DNA of 64,000 nucleotides, taken from the NCBI RefSeq assembly GCF_964213995.1, contig NC_135807.1, positions 116,126,001 to 116,190,000 on the forward strand, in the 5' to 3' direction. The notes under the pieces are model-generated. The model had not been told where the DNA came from, searched no databases, and saw nothing but the letters and a program-made list of their open reading frames with translations. The translations under genes and the position numbers were made by a program. Source of the stretch: Mustelus asterias. Taxonomy: Eukaryota. Numbering within the stretch: the first letter of the stretch is position 1; every line of letters begins with the position of its first letter. Positions 12,890 to 23,127 of this stretch are shown piece after piece.

Positions 12890-13330
12890 ACACAGGACCA
12901 GAGGAATAGTAGGTGACCATTTTCCCCTTCAAGTTTTTCAATTAGATCATGACACAACTTGATTTACCTGCCTTTGTTCCATATCCCTTGATGCCCATAT
13001 CTAATATAAATGTACTGATTTTAGGCTTGAACATTTCTATTGACCTAGTCTGCATGACCTTTCGCGAGGCACATTTCTGAGTTTCATTACCCCTTGAATA
13101 AATATGTGTTTTCTGATTTCACTCCTAAATAGTTTGGCCTAAATCACCTTCTTGAGGCACCCATCAGTGGAAATGATTTCTCTGCATCTCCACTATCCAG
13201 TATCCTAATAATTTAAATACCTCTATTAGACTTCCTATCAAACTCAAGGGAATACAACCAAGTTTATGGAACCTGCAATCAAAATGTAATATTTTATGTT
13301 CTGGTGTAATACTGGTAAATATTCAATATA
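12890..13330 (-). mobile_element. Very old CR1 3' fragment
   Basis: Weak colinear similarity to 9620-10200. Confidence 0.55.
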
Positions 13331-13364
13331 AATAAAAAATTAATAAAAATAAAAAAATAATAAA

Positions 13365-13580
13365 AATTTCTGGAACTCAGAATTTACTGATGACCATGAA
13401 TCGATTGTCGGAAAAACCCATCTGGTTCACTAATGTTCTTTAGGGAAGGAAATCTGTCATCCTTACCTGGTCTGGCCTCCATGTGATTCCAGACCCACAG
13501 CAATGTGGTTGACCCTCAACTGCCCTCCAAGGGCAACTAGGCTCGGCTGGTCAGCCAGCAACCCATGAATGAATAAAAAA
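13365..13580 (+). mobile_element. Bipartite SINE, 5'-truncated (family of 22149-22536)
   Basis: AAAAACCCATCTGGTTCACTAATG...CAAGGGCAACTAGG...ATGAATGAATAAAAAA. Confidence 0.85.
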
Positions 13581-13641
13581 AATATATACCTTCTGAAGTC
13601 AATATAACATTCTTAATATTTAGAAAAATAAAATGTCTACA

Positions 13642-14850
13642 GTGCAGCAGGTATACAACCTCACCATAACATTCCAACTCTTATACTCAATACTTTGATT
13701 TATAAAGGCCAATGTACCAAAAGCACTCTTTATGACCCTCTCTACCTGTGACGCCACTTTTAGGGAATTATGTATCTGTATTCCCAGATCCCTCTGTTCT
13801 ACTGCACTCTTCAGTGTCCTACCATTTACCTTGTATGTTCTACCTTGGTTTGTCCTTCCAAAGTGCAATACTTCACACTTGTCTGCATTAAACTCCATCT
13901 GCCATTTTTCAGCCCCTTTTTCTAGCTGGTCCAAATCCCTCTGCAAGCTTTGAAAACCTTCCTCACTGTCCACTACACCTCCAATCTTTGTATCATCAGC
14001 AAATTTGCTGATCCAATTTACCACATTATCATCCAGATCATTGATATAGGTGACAAACAACAATGGACCCAGCACTGATCCCTGTGGCACACCACTAGTC
14101 ACAGACCTCCACTCAGAGAAGCAATCCTCTACTACCACTCTCTGGCTTCTTCCATTGATGTGGAGATGCCGGCGTTGGACTGGGGTAAGCACAGTAAGAA
14201 GAGACTTACTGTTCTTCCATTGAGCCAATGTCTAATCCAATTTACTACCTCCCCATGTATACCTAGCAACTGAACCTTCCTAACTAACCTCCCATGCGGG
14301 ACCTTGTCAAAGGCCTTACTGAAGTCCATGTAGACAACATCCACTGCCTTCCCTTCATCCACTTTCCTGGTAACCTCCTCGAAAAACTCTAATAGATTGG
14401 TTAAACATGACCTACCATGCACAAAGCCATGTTGACTCTCCCTAATAAGTCCCTGTCTATCCAAATATTTGTAGATCCTATCTCTTTGTATTCCTTCCAA
14501 TAATTTACCTACTACTGACGTCAAACTTACCGGCCTATAATTTCCCACATTACTTTTTGAGCCTTTTTTAAACAACGGAACAACATGAGCTATCCTCCAA
14601 TCATCCGGCACCTCACCCGTGGATACCGATATTTTAAATATATCTGCGAGGGCCCCTGCAATTTCAACACTCGTCTCCTTCAACGGCCGAAGGAATACCC
14701 TGTCCAGTCCTGGGGATTTATCTACTCTGATTTGCCTCAAGACAGCAAGCACCACCTCCCATTTAATCTGTATAGATTCCTTGACCTCCCTACTTGTTTG
14801 CCTTATTTCCATAGACTCCAGGCCAGTTTCCTTAGTAAATACGGATGCAA
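13642..14850 (-). pseudogene. CR1 ORF2 reverse-transcriptase region
   Basis: ORFs 14132-14884 and 13620-14228 contain NYRPVSLTS, YMDFSKAFDKVPH, SGVPQGSVLGP and FADDTK; broken by a 53-bp insertion. Confidence 0.95.
14159..14211 (-). mobile_element. Penelope family B terminal micro-insertion
   Basis: Reverse complement of the 45455-45495 terminus; flanked by a 12-bp duplication TTCTTCCATTGA (14147-14158, 14212-14223). Confidence 0.8.
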
Positions 14851-15391
14851 AGGTCTCCCTGACTTCCCACATCCTGCCTGGCATTCTTTCTACTCTGAAG
14901 AAACAAAAACAACTTACTGGAACCTACCCTCGCCTCTGCCTGTTCATGCCGAAGCCTGTTTGAGCCAAAGCCGTCCCACTCTGCTCCCTCTCACTCCACT
15001 GCCCGCTCACAACGCTGCCCACTGGATAGAGTGGCCTGCTTTTTAAACCTTCCGCGCGCTACTGGCTGACATCAGGTGCCTGCGCAGTCTCGCTTTCCAC
15101 TCGCTGCCTCCCTTGCTCCGACTCAAAAAATTCACTGGGGCCTACTTCCGGTTTTACACTCCTGGCTGCCTTAGAGGAAAAGAAAACTCCGGAAAAAAAA
15201 GAGTAAGTTAAAAATACCTCTTACCCATTAGCTCTCCTCACTTGAACCACCACTCTAGCTGCTCCTCTGGAACAATGAACTCATCTACTGTGAGATCCTG
15301 GGTAGTAAGAAGCATGTATCTCATGACCCCAGTCTGTGGCTCCTGGCTGTGCTGCAATGGAAACTAAGATAGTGCCATCAGACATCATGGC

Positions 15392-15619
15392 TGATGCACT
15401 ATCAATTACGATACGAGGACTCCAGCGAGTGAGTGAAATAACAGGCTTTTAATCACAAAGAACTGGAGCACACCCTTGTAGCTAACCGGGCCCAGACTGA
15501 GGCAAGGAGGAGGAACCATCACCTTTATACCTCGTTCAGGTGGAAAGGGAGGAGTCTCGGGCCAGGTGCAGCAGGGGTGTGTCCAGGCATACAACATGTA
15601 ATTACAGTGGTTCACCACA
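15392..15619 (-). repeat. 3' LTR of Gypsy family 1
   Basis: Direct repeat of 19648-19895; adjacent polypurine tract AAAGAGGGGGTGAA on the minus strand. Confidence 0.97.
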
Positions 15620-15740
15620 TTCACCCCCTCTTTAAAAAAAGAGTCCGGCGGGGGTGAGATGGATGGAACAATATATACAGAGGCATGAAGATATATATAT
15701 ATATACAAGAGTCACGAAACTGAAGTAAGGCGTCGTCCCC

Positions 15741-17702
15741 TCACAGGTTCAGTCTGTCGGGCGGCTTGATCAGTCGCTGTGACCGCCGCAGTACCGGTTG
15801 TGGTGTTGCTTCCGATGGCAGGGTGGAACCGCTCGAGTCCGCCGTCGTCCCTTCTGGTCGGGTCCTGTGAGGCGACTCCGGGGGCTCAGGCGAGCTGCAT
15901 ACAGGGGACAAAGACGTAAGTGGACCTGGTGCTACCTGAACAACAGAGGGGTCTAGGGATGTGGGGTGGGGGGTCATAGTGGGCTCCGGGGCACCCGCAG
16001 GCACCAGGTCCCGGATAGAGACCGTGTCCTCCCGCCCATCGTGGTATGCCACATAGGCATATTGGGGGTTGGCATGGAGGAGCTGGACCTTTTCAACCAG
16101 GGGGTCTGACTTATGGGGTCGTACATGCCTCCGGAGCAGAACGGGGCCTGGGTACGTCAGCCACGGCGGTAGTGAGATTCCCGAGGAGGACTTCCTAGGG
16201 AAAGCAAACATCCGCTCATGGGGGGTGGCATTGGTAGCCGGACACAGGAGGGACCTAATTGAGTGCAGTGCATCTGGGAGGACTTCTTGCCAGCGGGTGA
16301 CTGGAAGACCTTTAGACCGTAGCGCTAGTAAAACGGCCTTCCAGACTGTCGCGTTCTCCCTCTCTACCTGCCCGTTTCCCCTGGGGTGATAGCTGGTAGT
16401 CCTACTCGAGGCTATGCCCTTAGAGAGCAGGTACTGACGCAGCTCATCACTCATGAAGGAGGATCCCCGGTCGCTGTGGATGTAGTTAGGGTAACCGAAC
16501 AGGGTGAAGAGGCCGTGCAGGGCCTTGACGACCGTGGTTGAAGTCATATCCGAGCAGGGAATGGTAAAAGGGAATCGGGAGTACTCATCTATAACATTGA
16601 GGAAATAGATGTTGCGGTCAGAAGAAGGAAGGGGCCCTTTGAAATCAATGCTGAGGTGTTCAAAGGGGCGGGTGGCTTTTATGAGGTGTGCCCTGTCCGG
16701 CCAATAGAAGTGCGGCTTACACTCCGCGCAGACCGGGCAGTGTCTGGTTATAGACCGGACGTCCTCAACAGAATGGGGCAGGTTGCAGGCCTTAATAAAG
16801 TGGTAGAGCCTGGTGACTCCCGGGTGACAGAGGTCATTGTGGAGAGTCTGTAGTTGGTTCGCTTGTGCGCTGGCACATGTTCCGCGAGACAGAGCGTCCG
16901 GAGGCTCATTGAGCTTCCCGGGTCGGTATAAGATATCATAATTGTAGGCGGAGAGCTCAATCCTCCACCTCAGTATTTTATCATTCTTAATCTTGCCCCT
17001 CTGCGCGATGTTGAGCATAAAAGCCACCGAACGTTGGTCCGTGAGCAAGGTGAACCGTCGGCCAGCTAAGTAGTGGCGCCAGTGTCGCACTGCTTCGACG
17101 ATGGCCTGAGCCTCCTTCTCGACAGAGGAGTGTCGAATTTCCAAGCCTTGGAGGGTTCGTGAGAAGAAGGCTACGGGTCTGCCTGCCTGGTTAAGGGTGG
17201 CGGCCAGGGCGAAGTCAGACGCGTCACTCTCCACCTGGAAGGGGATTGACTCGTCCACAGCGTGCATCGTGGCCTTCGCGATGTCCGCTTTGATGCAGTC
17301 GAAGGCCAAGCGGGCCTCTCCCGACAGGGGAAAAAGGGTGGATTTGATAAGTGGACGGGCCTTATCCGCATAATTCGGGACCCACTGGGCATAGTATGAG
17401 AAGAAGCCCAGGCATCTCCTCAGTGCTTTAAGAGTGGTGGGAAGGGGAAGTTCCATGAGGGGGCGCATGCGGTCAGGATCGGGGCCGATGACCCCGTTCT
17501 CCACTACACATCCCAGGATGGCGAGGCGGTGAGTGCGGAAGACACACTTCTCCTTATTGTAGGTCAGATTTAGGAGAGCGGCCATGCGAAGGAATTTATT
17601 GAGTTTTGTGTCGTGGCCCTGCTGATCATGGCCGCAGATGGTGACGTTATCCAGGTACGGGAAGGTGGCCCGCAGCCCGTTCTGGTCCACCATTCGGTCC
17701 AT
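15741..17702 (-). CDS. pol: Gypsy Pol: RT C-terminal half, RNase H, integrase (frameshifted from the upstream part)
   Basis: YLDN, VESDAS..EKEA..TDQ..DALSR, HHCC (LHNDLCH..CPVC), DDE (IDFKGP, HSDRGS, GQVERE); no chromodomain. Confidence 0.95.
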   Translation of the reverse strand: MDRMVDQNGLRATFPYLDNVTICGHDQQGHDTKLNKFLRMAALLNLTYNKEKCVFRTHRLAILGCVVENGVIGPDPDRMRPLMELPLPTTLKALRRCLGFFSYYAQWVPNYADKARPLIKSTLFPLSGEARLAFDCIKADIAKATMHAVDESIPFQVESDASDFALAATLNQAGRPVAFFSRTLQGLEIRHSSVEKEAQAIVEAVRHWRHYLAGRRFTLLTDQRSVAFMLNIAQRGKIKNDKILRWRIELSAYNYDILYRPGKLNEPPDALSRGTCASAQANQLQTLHNDLCHPGVTRLYHFIKACNLPHSVEDVRSITRHCPVCAECKPHFYWPDRAHLIKATRPFEHLSIDFKGPLPSSDRNIYFLNVIDEYSRFPFTIPCSDMTSTTVVKALHGLFTLFGYPNYIHSDRGSSFMSDELRQYLLSKGIASSRTTSYHPRGNGQVERENATVWKAVLLALRSKGLPVTRWQEVLPDALHSIRSLLCPATNATPHERMFAFPRKSSSGISLPPWLTYPGPVLLRRHVRPHKSDPLVEKVQLLHANPQYAYVAYHDGREDTVSIRDLVPAGAPEPTMTPHPTSLDPSVVQVAPGPLTSLSPVCSSPEPPESPHRTRPEGTTADSSGSTLPSEATPQPVLRRSQRLIKPPDRLNL

Positions 17703-18595
17703 TTCACGCTGGAAGACCGAAACCCCATTGGTGACGCCGAAGGGAACCCTAAGTGATAGAGGCGGCCATCCGCCTCGAAAGCCGTATATTTGCGGTCCTC
17801 CGGGCGGATGGGGAGCTGGTGGTAGGCCGATTTGAGGTCAATCGTGGAGAACACCCGGTATTGCGCAATCCGATTGACCATGTCGGATATGCGCGGAAGG
17901 GGATACGCATCCAGCTGCGTGTACCGGTTGATGGTCTGACTGTAATTGATGACCATCCGGTGTTTCTCCCCAGTTTTGACCACCACCACCTGCGCTCTCC
18001 AGGGGCTGGTGCTCGCCTCAATGATCCTTTCCTTCAGGAGCCGCTGGACCTCAGTCCTAATGAAGGTCCTGTCCCCCGCACTGTACCATCTGCTGTTGGT
18101 GGCAATGGGCTTACACTCGGGGGTGAGGTGTTCAAATAGCGAGGGAGGGGTGACTTGAAGGGTCGAAAGGCTGCAAGTGGTGCGTGGTGGGCAGTCTAGG
18201 AACTGTGGGTTGCAGACGGAGATCGGGGGAAGAGGCCCGTTGTACTGCAACGTGACACTCCTAAGATGGGTCAGGAAATCGAGCCCGAGGAGGACGAGAG
18301 CGCAGAGGTGTGGCAGCACCAGGAGCTTAAAATTTTCGTACTCGGTCCCCCGAACTGTAAGGGTCACCACACAGTGCCCGAGGACATCCACCGAGCGGGA
18401 CTTTGAGGCCAAGGAAATGGTTTGTTTGACTGGCAGCACAGAAAGGGCATAGCGGCGCACTGTATCGGGGGGGATGAAACTCTCCGTACTCCCGCAGTCG
18501 AACAAACAATTTCCCACGTGGCCGTTTACCTGGATGTCCATCATGGACCTGGCGAGTTGATGCAGACGGGATTGGTCTAGCTGGACCGCTGCCAC
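17570..18595 (-). pseudogene. pol: Gypsy protease and RT N-terminus
   Basis: LFDCGSTESFI protease motif, SPWRAQVVVV, DLKSAYHQ; frameshift near 17750. Confidence 0.93.
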
Positions 18596-18620
18596 CGTGG
18601 ATCCCGGAGAATGATTGACC

Positions 18621-18823
18621 GGCGTCTAAAATGGCAGCTCCCTTGTCTCACATGTGGCCGACGGCGTCCAAAATGGCGGTTCCCTTGACTCACACGCGGC
18701 CGATGGCCGTCCAAAATGGCGGTTCCCTTGACTCACACGTGGCCGATGGCGTCCAAAATGGTGGCTCCCTTGACTCACACGCGGCCGATGGCGTCCGAAT
18801 TTGTGGTTCCCTCGGGTCGCACG
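18621..18823 (-). repeat. 42-bp coding tandem repeat (~4.8 copies) between Gag zinc knuckle and protease
   Basis: Units start at 18621, 18663, 18705, 18748 and 18790; encode CESREPPFWTPSAT-like 14-mers. Confidence 0.92.
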
Positions 18824-18829
18824 CTACAC

Positions 18830-19619
18830 TGTTTGGCTTCGAGGACGACTTTGTCCTGCAGACTTTAACGTAGTGGCCTTTCTTTCCGCACCCAAAGCAG
18901 AACACTTCCCTCGCCGGGCAGCGTTGTCGGGGGTGCTTCCCCAGGCCGCAAAACTAGCACTTCAGACCCGCAACAGCCGCAGCAGTCGAATCGTTGGTGG
19001 GGCGCTGTGTGGCGTAAGTCTGTGGCCCTCCTAGATACTGGGGTGGCAGCGGCCGTGGTGCCCACGATGTAACCGCATGGTCGGGTGCGTACGCCTCGAG
19101 GTTATGGGATGCCACTTCTAGGGATTCAGCGAGTGTCACAGTTTTTGGTAGATCTAGCCCACCTTGCTCTAGCAGTCGCTGCCGAATGTAGTTGGACGAA
19201 ATGCCCGTAACGTAGGCATCGCTGATTAAGTCCTCCGTGTACTGCGCGGCGGATACAGCCTTGCAGTTACAGGCCCTGCCGAGTACCCGTAGTTCGCAGA
19301 GAAACTGTGCGCTCGATTCTCCCGGCCGCTGTCTTCGAGTAGCCAGAAGGTGCCTGGCGTAGACTTCATTTGTCCGTTTACTGTACTGGCTCTTTAGGAG
19401 CTCTAGCGCGTCCCTGCACATCTCAGCGTCACGGATGGTGGCATAAACCATGTCGCTTACCCAGGCGTGGAGCACGTGCAGCTTGTCTGAATCGGACTGG
19501 ATGGCAACAGAGGCTTCGAGGAAGGCTTCAAAGCACTTCAGCCAGTGATCGAAGCTGTTGGCAGCTCCCACAGCTTGCGGATCCAGGTTTAATTTATCGG
19601 GCTTTAGAATTTGCTCCAT
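18830..19619 (-). pseudogene. gag: Gypsy Gag with CCHC zinc knuckles (frameshifted near 18960)
   Basis: MEQILKPDKL..FDHWLKCF; CFGCGKKGHYVKVC; homologous to the family 2 Gag. Confidence 0.92.
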
Positions 19620-19647
19620 TCTGTTTTTTTATCTTTACGATTAAAAT

Positions 19648-19895
19648 TGATGCACCATCAATTAAGATACGAGGACTCCAGCGAGTGAGTGAAATAACAG
19701 GCTTTTAATCGCAAAGAACTGGAGCACACCCTTGTAGCTAACCTGGCCCAGACTGAGGCAAGGAGGAGGAACCATCACCTTTATACCTCGTTCAGGTGGA
19801 AAGGGAGGAGTCTCAGGTGGAAAGGGAGGAGTCTCGGGCCAGGTGCAGCAGGGGTCTGTCCAGGCATACACATGTAATTACAGTGGGTCACCACA
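19648..19895 (-). repeat. 5' LTR of Gypsy family 1
   Basis: Direct repeat of 15392-15619; TATA-like GTATAAAG and ATTAAA on the minus strand. Confidence 0.97.
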
Positions 19896-20026
19896 ATGGC
19901 TGGATATGCAAGTGTTCTCAACAAGTTGATAACCACTTACACAGTGGAAAGGATGGGCATCAAACTTCATGAACCCCTGCTCAAAGTTGGAGTCGGACTC
20001 CTTCCATTCTCTGCCGTGTTGACAAG

Positions 20027-20391
20027 ATCATAGAATCATAGAAACTCTACAGTGCAGAAGAGGCCATTCGGCCCATTGAGTCTGCACTGACTCTCTGTCT
20101 GAGTATCTTATCCAAGTGCTCAACCCTGCCCTATCCCCGCAACCCCATGCATTTCCCAAGGCTAATCCATCTAACCTAGACACCTTGAGACACTATGGGG
20201 TAATATATCATGACCAATCTACCTAACCTCCACATGTTTAGACTGTGGGGGGAAACTGGAGCAACTGGAGGAAACGCACGCAAATACGGGGAGAATGTGC
20301 AAACTCCACACAGTCACCCAAGTCTGGAATCGAACCTGGATCCCTGGCACTGTGAGGCAACAATGCTAACCACTGTGCCACCATGCTGCCC
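20027..20391 (-). mobile_element. HE1/V-SINE-type SINE
   Basis: Reverse-complement match to 713-1059, more diverged. Confidence 0.88.
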
Positions 20392-20409
20392 TCTGGTGGA
20401 CCTGTGAAT

Positions 20410-20970
20410 GCACATACCCATCAGCTTTTTCCTATCAAAGTCCTCATCTGTGTCCTATGCAGCAAAATCCCTATCCCCTGGTCAATCTGAATTGCAGTCA
20501 TACACAATGACTGACCATGTGCAGAACCTGCCTCTCTGGCACCCTCTAAAGTATGTACAGTTTCAGTATCTGAGCTGGTGGCTGTCAGTGTAAGATCAAG
20601 TGACTATATTTCCTCCTCTGAGATCTGTTGCTCGAGACCCTCACTTGCTGACCAATAATCGGGTACCTGAAAGCACAAATACTTAAGGGGAGAGTTGGGT
20701 TGTGGAGTAGAATTGGAGCTAGCCATGGTTATACCTCCACAGCGTGTGCATCATGCCAGTAGGTTGAAGGCGAAATAACATTTGAGAAGGTACATAAGGC
20801 AGAAACATATCATCATTCAGGATGGATTCAGGGACTCTGCTTGCCACAGCTTCAGTGACAGCCATTCCAGTTACCTTAGCACCATTCTCCGTAGGGTCGG
20901 CACATACAGCCTCGCCTGGCCATTGACAGTCTGCTGCTGCTGCCATCCATTCTGGTCTACTTTGTCCTGA
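20410..20970 (-). pseudogene. Relic of a spliced Harbinger Myb/SANT-like (MSANTD/NAIF1-like) gene
   Basis: After the acceptor CTATTCTCAG it reads DKVDQNGWQQQQTVNGQARLYV..., resembling the K.AHNRR..TGGG motif; second acceptor GCTTTCAG at ~20667; stops and frameshifts. Confidence 0.5.
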
Positions 20971-21086
20971 GAATAGAGGGAAGTGTGTCAGTGAATGAGT
21001 TGCAATTTTTTTAGCTGATGTGCCTGCTGTAGAAACATACAAAATTTACAGCACAGAAAGAGGCCATTCAGTCCTTCATTGTTGTA

Positions 21087-21410
21087 GGCGGCGCAGTGGT
21101 TAGCACTGCTGCCTCACAGTGCCAGGGATCCGGCTTCAATTCCAGCCTACGGTCACTGTCTGTGTGGAATTTGCACTTTCTACCCGTGTCTGCATGGGTT
21201 TCCTCTGGGTGTTCCGGCTTCCTCCCACAGTCCAGAGATGTACGGGTTAGGTTGATTGGCCATGCTAAATTGACATAATATCAGAGGGATTAGCAGGGTA
21301 AGTATGTGCAGCTGCGGGAATAGGGCCTGGGTGGGATTGTAGTCAGTACAGACTCGATGAGCCAAATGGCCTCCTGTACAGTAGGGATTCTTGGATGATT
21401 CTATGATTCT
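21087..21410 (+). mobile_element. HE1/V-SINE-type SINE
   Basis: tRNA head, V-like core, GATTCTAT tail. Confidence 0.88.
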
Positions 21411-21499
21411 AAGAACTATCTAGCCTAATTCCACTTTCCAGAACTTGGTTTGTAGCTGTAAAAGCACGAAGCATCAACGAGGAGCCCGATGAAATTAGA

Positions 21500-21670
21500 T
21501 TAGATTTGATTTGATTTATTATTGTCACGTGTATTCGGATACAGTGAAAAGTATTGTTTCTTGTGCGCTATTCAGACAAAACATACCGTTCATAGAGTAC
21601 ATAGGGAGAAGTGGAAGGAGAGGGTGCAAAATCTGGAGTTGCAGTTGCAGATAGAGTGTAGAGAACAATC
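21500..21670 (-). mobile_element. LINE 3'-end fragment
   Basis: (GATTT)n tail; matches 5461-5660. Confidence 0.6.
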
Positions 21671-22077
21671 AGTTTCACATATAGCAGGTCTCGGTGAAGC
21701 CAGCAGGGTTGCTTTGGGAGATATAAATTACTCTGAGATCAAGCTACATGTCTGAGGCAGGTTTAGGGAATAGGGAGGCTTCTGGAATCCGGCTTCGCTG
21801 TTCCTGCCTCTCATTCTTTTTTTATGTTTCATCTCATGCTTTCTAGTTTCGCTTGTTGCATGTTTCTTTCTCCCAGTGTTTGTTTTATCAAATGTCAGAT
21901 CAAATAGTGGGATTTGGCAAGCCAAGGCTTTTCCAGTTGCAACATATCTTTGAATTTTCTATCAAGCAAGTCGAGGCATTCCATTTAAATGAGGTCTGGT
22001 GTGTAACAGGAAATGCTGTGTGGGTTGAGTTTACAGTCATAGAGCTTGGCATCTGCATTGGTGAAGGCAGAATCACT

Positions 22078-22735
22078 GGAGTGGCTACACACCACCACTT
22101 GCAAATTCCCCTCCAATCCACGTGCACCATCCTAATTTCCAACTATGTTTTTTTTATTCATCCCTGGGACATGGACGTTGCTGGCTGGCTAGCATTTATT
22201 ACCCATCCCTTGTTGCCCTTGAACTGAGTGGCTTGTTCGACCATTTCAGAGGGCAGTTGAGAGTCAACCATATTGCTGTGCCTCTGGAGTCACGTGTAAA
22301 CCAGACCAGATAAGACGCAGATTTCCTTCCCTAAATGACATTAGTGAACCAGATGGGTTTTTCAGACAATCAAGGATGGTTTCATGGTCATCAGTAGATT
22401 CTAAATTCCAGATATTTTTTATTGAATTCAAATTCCACCATCTACCGTGGCAGGATTCGAACCCGGTTCCCCAGAACATTAGCTGAGTTTCTGGATTAAT
22501 CGGCGAGCGATAATACCACGAGGCCATCGCCACCCCTTATTATTGTCGGTCCTTCACAGTCATTGGGTCAAAATCCTGGAACTCCCTTCCTAACTGCACT
22601 GTGGATGTTCGACTGAATCGACTGCGACGATTTAAGAAGGCAACAAACCAGCACATTCTCAAGGGTAATTAGGGATGGGTAATAAATATTGGCCTAGCCA
22701 GCGACACCCACACCCCATGAACGAATATATAAAAA
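22078..22735 (+). mobile_element. 3' end of an APE-RT LINE, split by an antisense SINE
   Basis: Right part encodes SFTVIGSKSWNSLPN...RFKKATNQHILKGN* followed by AGGGATGGGTAATAAAT...CCCATGAACGAAT and an A tail. Confidence 0.75.
22149..22536 (-). mobile_element. Full-length bipartite tRNA-headed SINE
   Basis: A box 22516-22526, B box 22453-22463; body matches the LINE 5' ends at 38790-39092 and 47640-47939; tail matches the LINE 3' end at 22660-22735. Confidence 0.9.
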
Positions 22736-23127
22736 GAACTCATGTCTTTGTACAGCTTAAAAAGCAACTAGAAACAAAGGTCCATAAAGACTTGATATGT
22801 TGGCTTCTGAATAAAGTTGACTCCTGCTTGGGGGTCTCCATTGCAGATGGCAAAGTAAATCAACCTGCTGAACTTCGATCTCAATTGGAAGTCCTTGGCT
22901 TGCCAATACTATAATTAAATCCTGGAGGTATAACTCTGAGGGTATGAGCATGTGATATTCTAACCCTAAGACATTCATCCATGTCATGCCTGAAGATGTG
23001 ACATTTGTTCATGTAACCTGTATAAATGTCCCTGCATTTACCATATAAAGGTCAGGTCCCATATAGTTGAGTGTTTTTGCTTGTGATTTTGTACCAAGAA
23101 CCAAGGCACCTTGCGGGAGCAAGTGAA

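Larger units (their letters stand above)
15392..19895 (-). mobile_element. Young near full-length Ty3/Gypsy LTR retrotransposon (family 1)
   Basis: LTRs 15392-15619 and 19648-19895 (TG...CA; about 6 substitutions, a 1-bp indel and a 21-bp duplication); 5-bp TSD ATGGC; PPT at 15620-15634; gag-PR-RT-RH-IN order. Confidence 0.98.

Noticed and set aside
15620-15740. env-like third ORF or chromodomain in the young Gypsy elements
   Set aside because: Pol ends ~60-120 bp before the 3' LTR in both, and the tail is Pro/Ser-rich without chromodomain motifs
16069-18452. Antisense ORFs within the Gypsy elements
   Set aside because: Expected shadow ORFs of GC-rich coding sequence, with no domain evidence
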